From positions 1 through 64,000 of the IMG/VR virus record IMGVR_UViG_3300028591_006041: a stretch of 64,000 nucleotides of DNA; one strand, 5' to 3'. Positions 10,247 to 20,546 of this stretch are shown one piece after another; within the stretch, counting starts at the first letter, position 1; the number at the start of each line of letters is the position of its first letter. The position numbers and the translations under genes are program-made. This DNA comes from a virus (lineage: Duplodnaviria > Caudoviricetes). The notes under the pieces are model-generated. The model saw only the letters and a list, made by a program, of their open reading frames with translations. It was not told where the DNA came from and did not search any database.

Positions 10247-12166
10247 ATGATCCAAAGACAAATATCTTTAGGAAACTATAAATATTTATGTGAGTTTTAT
10301 GAAAATGGTATAGACTTTCAAGAAAATCTCACAAAAAAGTTTGTTGCCCTAAGAAATTTTGAATTGATTAATAATGTCATATATGATACTGATTTTTACT
10401 TTATTGAACAAGAAAACTATAATAAATTTTTAGTAAAGAAAAACAATTTAGTGTTTCCAATACATATAAATAATATAATAAATTATTCTAAAGAGTTCAG
10501 TAAATTCAATAAATATGAGATATCAGACATAAATGAGATAAAATATGACATATTCGATAGTTCAGGAAATATAGCAAACATAAAATGTGATAAAGTAAGA
10601 ATATACAATCCTACTATTGAAAAGGATTTAGATTTTGTAATTCATTTGGATAACAACATAAATGACATCAATTTTCATTATTTCTGTAACTTACTGTCAT
10701 GTTATACTAAGAAGTGTGAAAAGGAAATAATCATAAATAATGTAAGATATATTGAATATGTTGAGATACTTATTCCAAATATAAAATATGTATTCAGTAG
10801 AGAAAACAAACTATATATCAATGAAGACATAAATACAATAGTAAATGTCAACAATGAAGAAATAGATACTGTATCAAAGTATTATAATGCATTATATGAT
10901 CAAGATTCAAATATGAATTTAGAATCATCAAACAAACTATATTTGAATAATTTGATAAACACATTCTTCATTAGAAAAGATGATGACAAATATTCTAAAG
11001 TGTTTTTGAATCCTGAAAAATACAATTATAATGCAAACATAATCAATCATTCATTAGACATTACATTGTTTCCTTATGATAAAGAAAATTCTAAAGTTGT
11101 ATATGAGTTAAATAGCAATGTAAATCCTACTGAAACATTCTTTGGACATAACAACTATTTCAGATTGTCTTCAAGAATGGGATTTTCAGATAATACAATA
11201 AGTTTGATAAATGAGTTTGAATTTCCTGGAAAGATAAATACTTCTAATGAAGATATAGGAAATGCAATACATAACAATATAGGTTCATCATCTAATCCAA
11301 TTACTCCTGATATGTATCAAGTTACAAATTATTATAATAAATATTTCTTAACTGAAAATATAGACTATCTTGAGACTAATGACTTTATAGATGAAGATAT
11401 AGCTGATATTGAAGGAATACGATCTACAGGATTCAATATACAAATTGCTACAGACATATTGTTTAAGAATATAGTATATGAGTCAAAAATAAATACTGAT
11501 GAGAATGAACTTAACTTCATATATGATTTTAGTTTCTCATTGAACAATATTGTTGAAAATTGGAATCAATTATCGGAAATACTTGTAGCAAGAGCAACAT
11601 TTATTGACAAACGATTAAACATTATAGTAAATGGAAATCCAGTTGTCATAACTAAAGAATGGTTCAAATACTTAGTGAATGATACTTCTACAAATAGAGT
11701 AGAATTAAATTTCATACAACAAAATAATTTAATAAATACTAATTTTATGAATGTCAATAACGGATTCAATTTTATAGAAAACATAAATTGTTCTGTAATA
11801 GAAAAAACTCAAGATGAGAAGAATGAAGAGATTGCTCTATTAAGACAATTGAAAAGACAAAATAATCAATCATCTAAGACAAAATTGATATATAAGCCTA
11901 TTTACTTCAAAGTAAATGACTTGCAATCTATAGAATTAAGAAATGGTGTAATTCAAAATATCGGAATAAATTTGTCTGAATTTATGACGAAAGTCAATAC
12001 ATTCAATCTTAATATAAATGGATATAATGTTAAAGAAGATTCAAGAAATGACATATATGTTATATTCAAAATAAATGCAAATCTTATTGAAGAAGATAGT
12101 GGATATTTCGATATATTAGATGATAATTTTGACTATATATCTTCGGGTGAGTACATAAAGTATTAA
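10247..12166 (+). CDS. Putative baseplate/virion structural protein
   Basis: 639-aa N-rich ORF, first gene of the operon carrying the gp25- and gp6-like genes. Confidence 0.55.
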   Translation: MIQRQISLGNYKYLCEFYENGIDFQENLTKKFVALRNFELINNVIYDTDFYFIEQENYNKFLVKKNNLVFPIHINNIINYSKEFSKFNKYEISDINEIKYDIFDSSGNIANIKCDKVRIYNPTIEKDLDFVIHLDNNINDINFHYFCNLLSCYTKKCEKEIIINNVRYIEYVEILIPNIKYVFSRENKLYINEDINTIVNVNNEEIDTVSKYYNALYDQDSNMNLESSNKLYLNNLINTFFIRKDDDKYSKVFLNPEKYNYNANIINHSLDITLFPYDKENSKVVYELNSNVNPTETFFGHNNYFRLSSRMGFSDNTISLINEFEFPGKINTSNEDIGNAIHNNIGSSSNPITPDMYQVTNYYNKYFLTENIDYLETNDFIDEDIADIEGIRSTGFNIQIATDILFKNIVYESKINTDENELNFIYDFSFSLNNIVENWNQLSEILVARATFIDKRLNIIVNGNPVVITKEWFKYLVNDTSTNRVELNFIQQNNLINTNFMNVNNGFNFIENINCSVIEKTQDEKNEEIALLRQLKRQNNQSSKTKLIYKPIYFKVNDLQSIELRNGVIQNIGINLSEFMTKVNTFNLNINGYNVKEDSRNDIYVIFKINANLIEEDSGYFDILDDNFDYISSGEYIKY

Positions 12167-12189
12167 AAATATATAATTAATTGTGAGCT

Positions 12190-12531
12190 ATGTATGATTT
12201 GTCATTAGATAACAATATATTTATAGATAATCAACTTGAAGCAGCTATTCAAGAATTAGACATAATATTGAATACTGAATGTACTGAATTGATTGGAGAT
12301 ACTGAATTTGGAGTAAGCATAGATCAATTTTTATGGACATTGACACCTACAACAGAAGAATTCAAAACATATATAAGAAATAAGCTAAACGGGTTGTATT
12401 ATCTTAATATGTTTAAGTATGATATAGATGTACAATATTATGAGGAAGACTATAACAGTGTATATCATGTAGCTATAAAAATATATTTAGATGATATACA
12501 ATATATTATAAAAGAATTTAATTTCAACTAA
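12190..12531 (+). CDS. Baseplate wedge protein, gp25-like
   Basis: 113 aa; IQELDIILNTECTELIGDTEFGVSIDQFLW matches the gp25/GpW pattern; adjacent to the gp6-like gene. Confidence 0.75.
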   Translation: MYDLSLDNNIFIDNQLEAAIQELDIILNTECTELIGDTEFGVSIDQFLWTLTPTTEEFKTYIRNKLNGLYYLNMFKYDIDVQYYEEDYNSVYHVAIKIYLDDIQYIIKEFNFN

Positions 12532-12534
12532 CAT

Positions 12535-14217
12535 ATGAAACTATTTAATTTAATTGATACTACTTTTGAAAATTTTGATGCATCAGTTGCTAATTATCTA
12601 AGTAAGATATTCTCAACTATGGGAATACAATTCAGCAATAATCAAATTCTTAAGATATTGTTTAATGGATTCAAAGGTATAATGCAAAACATATTGGTAT
12701 ATATTGAAGATGCATTTACAGAACAAAATATAGAAACAGCTATACGTAAAAAGTCAATATACTCATTAGCTAAATTGTCAGGATATGAGCCATTTTACGG
12801 TACTGCTGCAACAGGCACTTTGATTGCAACATCAATTAGTAATACAAATGATTCAAACAGCATTAAAAAGATATATATAAACAATCATTCAAATATCATT
12901 AATGTAAGAAGTGGAGAAAATTATGTATTATATCTTCAATCTGACAGGTATGTTTTTGATGTAAGAAAACCTCTTTCAAATTATGAGTTCAGGATTGTTC
13001 AAGGATTCTATCATACATCAAGCTACACTTGTAGAGGAAATTCATTAGAAACTATACATTTGAATATAAATGGAATGTTTGATGCAAACTATATCAGAGT
13101 ATTTGTAAACAATATTGAATGGCAACAAGTATCAAACTTATACGATATGACAGAAGATGGTGAAGAATATATTTTGAAAATTGGATTTGATAATGAAATA
13201 GACATAACTTTTGGAAATGGTATATATGGCAAGATTCCTGAAGCAGGAACATCTGTATTGATTGAATACATAACACATAGTGGAACAGCAGGAAATATTG
13301 ACAATATATTGAATACTAATTTTAGTTTCTCATCAAAAGGTTTGGATGTTGAAGGAAATCAAATAAACTTAGACAAATACATAAAGCTTTCATTAGACAA
13401 CTATATAAGTGGTGGAACTAATAGTGAATCTATATCAGATGTAAAACAAATGATTGGATTCAATTCAAGAAGTAACGTATTAGCATCTATTGACAATTAT
13501 AGATTATTCCTTAAGAGATTCTCATTCATAGGCAATTTCAATATATGGGCAGAAAACAACTCAAACATACTATGTATAAATGCTATAAATAATAAGATAA
13601 ACAATATTGAAACTATTGAAGATATTGAGAATTTGGATGATAATGATTTGATATTGACAGACCAGGAAAAATCAAATGTATTGACAGTTCTTAAAAATTC
13701 TAACAACACATTTGCAGGAATATCTGTAAACTTTATTGATCCAGTAATATATAAATATGCTATAATTTGTTACGTTAAGATTGTTGATCAATATTATAAA
13801 GAAGCAATTGAAATGAATATAAAAGAATGTATTTTAAATTATTTCAAAACTAAGACATTCAATATAACATTCATATCTAAATCAGATTTGTCAAAATACA
13901 TACTTAATAATGTAGAATATATATCTTCATTAGATTTAGAAATAGTTTCTCATATGAATGAACAGGCATTCAAGAACAAATATTATTATAAGTATGATAC
14001 ATTGATAACTGGAAATAAGATATATTATCAATTAGTAAAATACAACTATGAGTCAGATTTGAATTTAGGATTAGATGATTTGGGAAATATAAGCATAGAT
14101 AATTCATTATATATTCCTTTATTAGGAAATAATGTAACTTATTATCCAGACAAATCATCAACAACAAACATAAATAATTTCACTACACTTAAACCTATAA
14201 ATATAGTATTCATTTAA
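12535..14217 (+). CDS. Baseplate wedge protein, gp6-like
   Basis: EQNIETAIRKKSIYSLAKLSGYEP, ITFGNGIYGKIP and SGGTNSESISDVK...ASIDNY are typical of T4 gp6/baseplate J proteins. Confidence 0.85.
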   Translation: MKLFNLIDTTFENFDASVANYLSKIFSTMGIQFSNNQILKILFNGFKGIMQNILVYIEDAFTEQNIETAIRKKSIYSLAKLSGYEPFYGTAATGTLIATSISNTNDSNSIKKIYINNHSNIINVRSGENYVLYLQSDRYVFDVRKPLSNYEFRIVQGFYHTSSYTCRGNSLETIHLNINGMFDANYIRVFVNNIEWQQVSNLYDMTEDGEEYILKIGFDNEIDITFGNGIYGKIPEAGTSVLIEYITHSGTAGNIDNILNTNFSFSSKGLDVEGNQINLDKYIKLSLDNYISGGTNSESISDVKQMIGFNSRSNVLASIDNYRLFLKRFSFIGNFNIWAENNSNILCINAINNKINNIETIEDIENLDDNDLILTDQEKSNVLTVLKNSNNTFAGISVNFIDPVIYKYAIICYVKIVDQYYKEAIEMNIKECILNYFKTKTFNITFISKSDLSKYILNNVEYISSLDLEIVSHMNEQAFKNKYYYKYDTLITGNKIYYQLVKYNYESDLNLGLDDLGNISIDNSLYIPLLGNNVTYYPDKSSTTNINNFTTLKPINIVFI

Positions 14218-14222
14218 AAAAT

Positions 14223-14235
14223 TATTTTTAATAAA
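14223..14235 (+). promoter_or_regulatory. Putative late promoter motif TATTTTTAATAAA
   Basis: Exact motif upstream of the AAA / ATP-grasp operon. Confidence 0.65.
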
Positions 14236-14256
14236 ATAAAATATACATATAATAGT

Positions 14257-15891
14257 ATGAGCAATTTTTTAGATTTCATAAATAAGAAAAAAGAAATAAA
14301 TGAAGGAAAGATATTATTGAATGAAGCATTCAAGAACTCAGATATAGATAAAGCTAAAGAGAAGATTTTGTCAATACTGAAAAAGGAAACAGGTGAAAAC
14401 ATAATATCTTTAGGAGATTTTGAAATACAAATTGGTAAAGAAAATTTCACATCAGAATTGTTTACTGTAGTAAAGTCATCTAACACTATATGTTTTACAT
14501 TCAATTGGCTTAGTACAGGAAATTCAACACAAGTATATTCTGTATCTTTTTATAACAATATGGCACCATTCATTAATGGTACTGGTAAAGCAGATTTGAC
14601 AATAGAAACAATGGGTTGTTCAATAGTATATTTCATTCCATTAATTTCATATGTAATTAGTACAAAAGATTTCAACTTATCTAAAAATGATGCTACTAAA
14701 TTCATAAAAGGAATATTTGGAAAAGATGTAAATGAGTCTGCATCTAAATATGAGTTTTATATTGGTGCACTAAAATATTCTATTTTAGAAGGATTGTCTT
14801 CAAGATTAATTCAAGAAACATTTAGATATAATATTGAAAATGGTGTATTTGAAAACTCATATGAAGATATGATTGCTTGGAAAAAAGACAAATATGAGAC
14901 ATTAAAAACAGCATTAGACAATAGAAAGAAATCACCTGAAAATAGAGAAATTGCTAAAAGATTGATGGATGAATACAATGTCATTAAAAGAGCAATAAAA
15001 GGTGGAGCAACATCTATTGATGAAGTTCAATTAGCTATACAAAAATCATTAGCTGTAAAAGTAAAAGGAATAGATGGTAGTGATAAGATTGAACAAGAAA
15101 TTGAGACCGCAAAGAAAGATCCTGAACAAGTATTTAAAGAGATGAATAAATACATTAAAATGGTAATTAAGGGATTGACACCTTCTGTAATACTTTGTGG
15201 AGCTCCTGGTGTTGGAAAGACATATAGAGTCAAAAAAATGCTTAAAGCTAATGGATATAATGAAGATCATAATTTATGTACAATAAAGGGAAAATGCACA
15301 CCAAGAGTCCTATATATGAAATTATTAGAATTCAAAAACAAAGGTGACATTATTGTTATTGATGATGCTGATGGATTAGTTGGACCTAAAGCTCCAGAAG
15401 ATGTAATAAATATTCTTAAAGGTGCATTAGATAGTACATCTGATGATGAAGGAAGATTAGTTTGCTATGGTGTATCTGGTATATTGAAAGATGATGAAGG
15501 AATGGAATTGCCTAAGAAATTCTATTATCAAGGATCAGTAATCATAATAACTAACTATAATGCTGGGCAATTAGATACAGCATTAAGAGGACGTTCATTC
15601 ATTCAAGACATACATTTCTCTACAGAAGATGTGTTGAATATCATAAAGAATCTTTTGCCTAATTTAGATCCTACACATTTAAGTGATGAGGCTAAAAACA
15701 AAGCATATGATTATCTTGTTGAGTTAGCTGGGTCAGGACAAGACATGGAAATTTCAATTCGAACATTTGGAATATGTGCAAAAATATTTGAAGCATGTTC
15801 AGATGACAATGACTTTAATGATGATGATGCTAAGTCAATGATTAGTGAACAGATGAAACTTCAATCATTAAGAGGAGGCAAAAAATATTGA
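14257..15891 (+). CDS. AAA+ ATPase with uncharacterised N-terminal domain
   Basis: Walker A GAPGVGKT, Walker B IIVIDDAD, sensor IIITN; N-terminal INE and LNE sites. Confidence 0.85.
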   Translation: MSNFLDFINKKKEINEGKILLNEAFKNSDIDKAKEKILSILKKETGENIISLGDFEIQIGKENFTSELFTVVKSSNTICFTFNWLSTGNSTQVYSVSFYNNMAPFINGTGKADLTIETMGCSIVYFIPLISYVISTKDFNLSKNDATKFIKGIFGKDVNESASKYEFYIGALKYSILEGLSSRLIQETFRYNIENGVFENSYEDMIAWKKDKYETLKTALDNRKKSPENREIAKRLMDEYNVIKRAIKGGATSIDEVQLAIQKSLAVKVKGIDGSDKIEQEIETAKKDPEQVFKEMNKYIKMVIKGLTPSVILCGAPGVGKTYRVKKMLKANGYNEDHNLCTIKGKCTPRVLYMKLLEFKNKGDIIVIDDADGLVGPKAPEDVINILKGALDSTSDDEGRLVCYGVSGILKDDEGMELPKKFYYQGSVIIITNYNAGQLDTALRGRSFIQDIHFSTEDVLNIIKNLLPNLDPTHLSDEAKNKAYDYLVELAGSGQDMEISIRTFGICAKIFEACSDDNDFNDDDAKSMISEQMKLQSLRGGKKY

Positions 15892-15909
15892 TTTTTTATT
15901 TTTAATTAT

Positions 15910-16581
15910 ATGAATAATATAAAAGACATAAATCAAAGTTTAGTAGAAGAGTTTAAGAAATTAGATTGTAAAGTATCAATAAATGGAAAACTCTTATATG
16001 AGGGAAAATTCAAAAATGACTTAGAATTTCCTAAGAAGAACAAATCACAAATAGTATATGAGTTCAATATCAATAATGATAATGTTTATATGCTTGCTGA
16101 TGAAAACAACAATATAGTTGAATTGAAAAAACTATTTGAAGGTAAGAAGTTTGAAGATATGAAAACTAATCCTTTACTTTACAATAAAGCTATGGAATTA
16201 GCTAACAAACTTCCTTTATATAATTTAGAAATAGTTGATGAATCTCTTAAGAAAGACATTAAGAAACATGGCTTAAACTATAGAAAAGTGTATGAGAATT
16301 TAATCATAGATTATTCTAATGACGAGAAACAAGATGTGGTCATAGATGATTATGATAAATTGATAGAAGAACTTAAAAAGGCTAAGGAAGAAAATATTCC
16401 AATAGAAGAAGGTTTGTTGGGAGCAATTGGTGGTGCCATCTTAGGTTCTACTATTGGTCCTAAATTGGGAAATGCAATATGTAAAGCTTTAGGTGTTGAT
16501 CCTAAAGGAAGTTTTGGAAATCTCCTTACATCAAGATTAGTAATGGGAGCAATTGGTACAACAATGGGGTGGAAACTTTAA
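15910..16581 (+). CDS. Protein with C-terminal glycine-zipper hydrophobic domain
   Basis: Acidic body followed by IEE-GLLGAIGGAILGSTIGPKLGNAICKALG...GAIGTTMGWKL. Confidence 0.75.
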   Translation: MNNIKDINQSLVEEFKKLDCKVSINGKLLYEGKFKNDLEFPKKNKSQIVYEFNINNDNVYMLADENNNIVELKKLFEGKKFEDMKTNPLLYNKAMELANKLPLYNLEIVDESLKKDIKKHGLNYRKVYENLIIDYSNDEKQDVVIDDYDKLIEELKKAKEENIPIEEGLLGAIGGAILGSTIGPKLGNAICKALGVDPKGSFGNLLTSRLVMGAIGTTMGWKL

Positions 16582-16600
16582 AAATAAGAAATTCATTCAA

Positions 16601-17692
16601 ATGGCAAATAAAGTTTATAATGATTTAGACTCACTTTTCAAATATATAACAGAGTCAAAAAAAGAAAACAAGTCTCAAATAATAACTGAAAAACTTAAAG
16701 AAAAAGTTAAAAGGCTCATTTTGATTGATGATAAAGAATTTGAGAAAACAAACAAATTTAAGTGTGAAGGTGTAAAAATAGATCTTGTTTTTGCAGACAT
16801 ATGTACTTTTGATATAAACAATAATCAAATAGTCATAAAAAATGGAAAAGACAAAGAAATAACTATAGATTTTGATGATACTGACTCAACTATAGTTTAT
16901 TGCAAATCTGGATATTTGAATGAAGAAATATTATACTTATTAAATAAATTGACATATTTAGGATTTACAGTAATAAACAATCCAAAATGGGTACAAATAA
17001 GTTCAAACAAATATGTTACAGCTAAGCTTTTTGATGAATTCAATATTCCTCAGCCAAAATATATAGTAGTTTCTGAAAAAGAATGTATTGATGACATTGA
17101 AGAAAATACTGAAAATTTTGATGAATATTTGAGAAAAATCTACGAAGAAGAAAATGAAGACAATGAGTATGTTTGTAAGATATTGAATGGACATAAAGGA
17201 CATGGTGTATTCATTTGTAAAGAAAAAAACATACTTTCTGTTTTACAATGTGTATTTACTGTAGGTAAGCATACATCTTCTCAACCATTAAAAATAATTT
17301 GTCAAGAAAAATTGAATATTGATGAAGGTGATATAAGAGCTTATATATTGAATATAAATGACAAACAAGAATTAGTAGATTGCATATTACGTAAAAAATC
17401 ATCAGATGATTTCAGAACAAATATGGCATTAGGAAATGAAATAACTAAATTTCATTTGAATCCAGAATATCTTGAAGTTGCTAAGAAAGCAGTTAAAGTT
17501 TCAGGATTGAAATTTGCTGGTGTTGATTTATATATTGACAAAGAAAATAAAAAAGCTTATGTAATCAAAATAAATGGAATACCTGAGCCACCAATACCTG
17601 TAAATACTAATGAGGAAGAATCTAAAAAGATTAATGAAGAATTCTATACAAAAGTTATAAATACAATCAACCAAATGATCAATGGCATCTAA
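16601..17692 (+). CDS. RimK-like ATP-grasp protein (one domain, degenerate ExN motif)
   Basis: PQPKY, CKILNGHKGHGV, QEKL..DEGDIR, DFRTNMALG, FAGVDL; KIN in place of ExN. Start moved to ATG 16601. Confidence 0.85.
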   Translation: MANKVYNDLDSLFKYITESKKENKSQIITEKLKEKVKRLILIDDKEFEKTNKFKCEGVKIDLVFADICTFDINNNQIVIKNGKDKEITIDFDDTDSTIVYCKSGYLNEEILYLLNKLTYLGFTVINNPKWVQISSNKYVTAKLFDEFNIPQPKYIVVSEKECIDDIEENTENFDEYLRKIYEEENEDNEYVCKILNGHKGHGVFICKEKNILSVLQCVFTVGKHTSSQPLKIICQEKLNIDEGDIRAYILNINDKQELVDCILRKKSSDDFRTNMALGNEITKFHLNPEYLEVAKKAVKVSGLKFAGVDLYIDKENKKAYVIKINGIPEPPIPVNTNEEESKKINEEFYTKVINTINQMINGI

Positions 17693-19880
17693 ACTTAAGA
17701 AAATTCAAAACGTAATAATGTTCATATCTTCTACAAAATTTGTAGACATACATACTGCAGAAGAAATAAAGAAAATAAAGAAGTCAGATTGGACTTATTT
17801 AGATTATTGTGTTTTAGCATGTGAAGAAAATGGATATAATTTATATATATTGTCCAAAAATGATGTAAGGTATTCTTTCCAAAACAACATATTGAATATA
17901 GATGATAAGACTACTAAGACAACATTTTCACTTAATGAAACAAATACCGAAAATACAATAATATTCCAAGGTCAAACAAATAATGATTTAAGTGTTGTAT
18001 ATATAGCATTATTCAAACTATTATATAAGCTTGGTTTTTATATCATAAATCCAATAAATGCTATAATAAATGCTTCTGACAAATATTTAAGTTCAGTAAT
18101 TCTTTCTAAATTCAATATCCCACAACCAAATTATATAATAATTGGTAAGAATGATATAGAAGATGAGAACGGTATAGTGAATGATGATTTTTACAAAAAG
18201 CTTCATTCTATATATTCTGCACATCCAAATATAAATGACAATCATAGTAATTACAAATATGTTTGTAAAATTCTTAATGGTTCATTAGGAATAGGTGTAT
18301 TCTTATGTCAAGAAGATGAAATATTAAGTATTTTGCAAGCATTGACAACATTGAATCCAAAAATCTACATACTTATTCAAGAATTCAAAAAGAATACAGG
18401 TGATATTAGAGCTCATGCTTTCTCATTTGATGGCAACAATTATGAGATAATTGCATCAATGAAAAGAAATAAGATTGATGGAGATTTTAGATCAAATGTA
18501 TCATTGGGTGCAACAACAGAACAAATTGATTTAAGTGCAGAACAAGAAAAGATAATTCTTGATACCGCTAAAGTATCAGGATGCAAATGGGTTGGTGTTG
18601 ATTTGATGGAATGTAAGAATATTTATGATGAGACTGAAAATGTTGTTATTGAATATAATTCAAGTCCAGGAGTAAATGGTATATCTGAACAAATAAAGAA
18701 GAATATGTTCTTAGTTGTATTTGAAAAGATAAATGAGCATTTGAAAAATGATGTTGATGTTTCTGCAAATGACAAATTGGAAGACAATTCTGACAAGGAT
18801 GGACAAATGGCCACAAATGGCATAGATTCAAATAAGATTGATGATCAAAAAAAAACTAACGAAAACTTAGAAGAAAATCCAATTGTAGAAAAGAAAGAAT
18901 CTGAAAAATCATCATACCCATTTGACAATATAATATTGTTTGGAGATGCTGAATCTAGTGCAGATAAGATATTGAATGACTTATGTAAAGCATCAAATGT
19001 AAATTTATATCAATTCAATACTCAAAGCATCAAATATGAGAATAACAAATTAAATAATATAGTTATAAACAATGATAAGATATCTTCAAAAAATACAGTT
19101 ATATTCTCACGAATAAAATATGAAGATATAAACAAATATGAGAAGTTATTTAAGGAATTGTCTAAAGATAAATATCTAATCATAAACAATATAGATGGTG
19201 TAAATAATGCTTCAGATAAGATAAAAAGTGCAGAACTATTCAAAAAACATAAAATTCAACAACCTTCATATGTAGAATTAGAAGCTAAAGATGTTGAAGT
19301 CAATTTGGACACAAAGGGAAATACAAATATCAAATTATTTAAGAAATTAAAAGATATTTATTCTGATGCAGAAACAAATAAAGAAAGAAAATATGTTGTA
19401 AAAAATCCTGTAGGAAAACAAGGAATAGGTGTATTTGTTGTAAATGGAAATCAAATATTATCAGTATTACAAGCATATTTCGATGTAGCAAAGGATAAGA
19501 AATTGATTGTACAAGAATTCTTAGATGCAGATGGAGGTGATTTTAGAATACATGTACTTACATTGAAAACTGGACAACATCTATTATATGGAATAAAAAG
19601 AAATCAAGTAAAGAATGACTTCAGATCAAATATAGCATTAGGTGCTACACATACAACACTATCTGAATCAGATTTTACACCGGAACAAAAAGAATTAGCA
19701 TTAAAGGCAGCTAAAGCAGTTGATTTGACATGGGCTGGAGTAGATATTATGCCTGTAAAAAACAATAAAATAAAGAATGTAGTCATAGAATGCAATGCTA
19801 ATCCAGGAGCTCCAACTACAGCCGACAATAATGTATACAAAATGATTTTGGATAAAATTACAAAGGAAGATTTAGAATGA
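17682..19880 (+). CDS. Tandem two-domain RimK-like ATP-grasp ligase
   Basis: Two copies of K..G..G.GV / QEF....GD.R / DFRSN..LGA / GVD / IExN..PG (IEYNSSPG and IECNANPG). Confidence 0.88.
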   Translation: MASKLKKIQNVIMFISSTKFVDIHTAEEIKKIKKSDWTYLDYCVLACEENGYNLYILSKNDVRYSFQNNILNIDDKTTKTTFSLNETNTENTIIFQGQTNNDLSVVYIALFKLLYKLGFYIINPINAIINASDKYLSSVILSKFNIPQPNYIIIGKNDIEDENGIVNDDFYKKLHSIYSAHPNINDNHSNYKYVCKILNGSLGIGVFLCQEDEILSILQALTTLNPKIYILIQEFKKNTGDIRAHAFSFDGNNYEIIASMKRNKIDGDFRSNVSLGATTEQIDLSAEQEKIILDTAKVSGCKWVGVDLMECKNIYDETENVVIEYNSSPGVNGISEQIKKNMFLVVFEKINEHLKNDVDVSANDKLEDNSDKDGQMATNGIDSNKIDDQKKTNENLEENPIVEKKESEKSSYPFDNIILFGDAESSADKILNDLCKASNVNLYQFNTQSIKYENNKLNNIVINNDKISSKNTVIFSRIKYEDINKYEKLFKELSKDKYLIINNIDGVNNASDKIKSAELFKKHKIQQPSYVELEAKDVEVNLDTKGNTNIKLFKKLKDIYSDAETNKERKYVVKNPVGKQGIGVFVVNGNQILSVLQAYFDVAKDKKLIVQEFLDADGGDFRIHVLTLKTGQHLLYGIKRNQVKNDFRSNIALGATHTTLSESDFTPEQKELALKAAKAVDLTWAGVDIMPVKNNKIKNVVIECNANPGAPTTADNNVYKMILDKITKEDLE

Positions 19881-20506
19881 GATGTTTAAAAGATTTTATA
19901 TTAGAATCAAATGAATCAAATACAGATAAATGGCTTAGTAATGTAAAGAAGATGTATGAATGGTATTGTGATAACTTTAAGAATTTTTATGACTGTAAAC
20001 ATCAATACAATTCTTCAAATTATAAAGAATGTGAATTATTAGATAACAAAAAAGTTGTTGCTGATTGCTCAGGATTTGTTGCAGCATGTTTATGTCTTTC
20101 AGGATATACTAATGATACTATCAATTGGAATGTAAGATTAGGTAGTTTCAACTTACATAAAAATCACAATGTAAACACCAATGTTGAAAAGATAAGTCCA
20201 TTTGATGAGAAATATAAAGCTAAATTATTATATATGTCAGATATAAATGAATTTGAATGTCATAAGATATCTGATGAAAAGAAACAAAATCAAGATTATA
20301 GTGAGATAAAAGCAGGTGACATACTCGTAAAAGGATCACATGTTACTATAGCAGCAGAAGATGGTGGAAAATATTTGTATGATTGGGGACGACAAGTTTC
20401 AACACAAAACAACAGTTTGTTCAAACTTAAAAAACCAGTGAAATTTTACATACCTAAAGATAAGACAACTATATTTCCATATAGAAGTTATTGGAGATTA
20501 AAATAA
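19877..20506 (+). CDS. NlpC/P60 (CHAP-like) cysteine hydrolase
   Basis: ADCSGFV catalytic-Cys motif and GDILVKGSHV His motif; leader MRCLKDFILE. Confidence 0.75.
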   Translation: MRCLKDFILESNESNTDKWLSNVKKMYEWYCDNFKNFYDCKHQYNSSNYKECELLDNKKVVADCSGFVAACLCLSGYTNDTINWNVRLGSFNLHKNHNVNTNVEKISPFDEKYKAKLLYMSDINEFECHKISDEKKQNQDYSEIKAGDILVKGSHVTIAAEDGGKYLYDWGRQVSTQNNSLFKLKKPVKFYIPKDKTTIFPYRSYWRLK

Positions 20507-20519
20507 AAACAAAAATATT

Positions 20520-20532
20520 TATTTTTAATAAA
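20520..20532 (+). promoter_or_regulatory. Putative late promoter motif TATTTTTAATAAA
   Basis: Exact motif, unusually far (about 190 nt) from the next ATG. Confidence 0.6.
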
Positions 20533-20546
20533 TAAAAACATATTAT

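Noticed and set aside
14257-20506. Graspetide (microviridin or plesiocin-type) RiPP cluster
   Set aside because: No short precursor with repeated Thr/Ser/Lys-Asp/Glu core motifs and no transporter or protease next to the ATP-grasp genes; the motifs fit RimK better.
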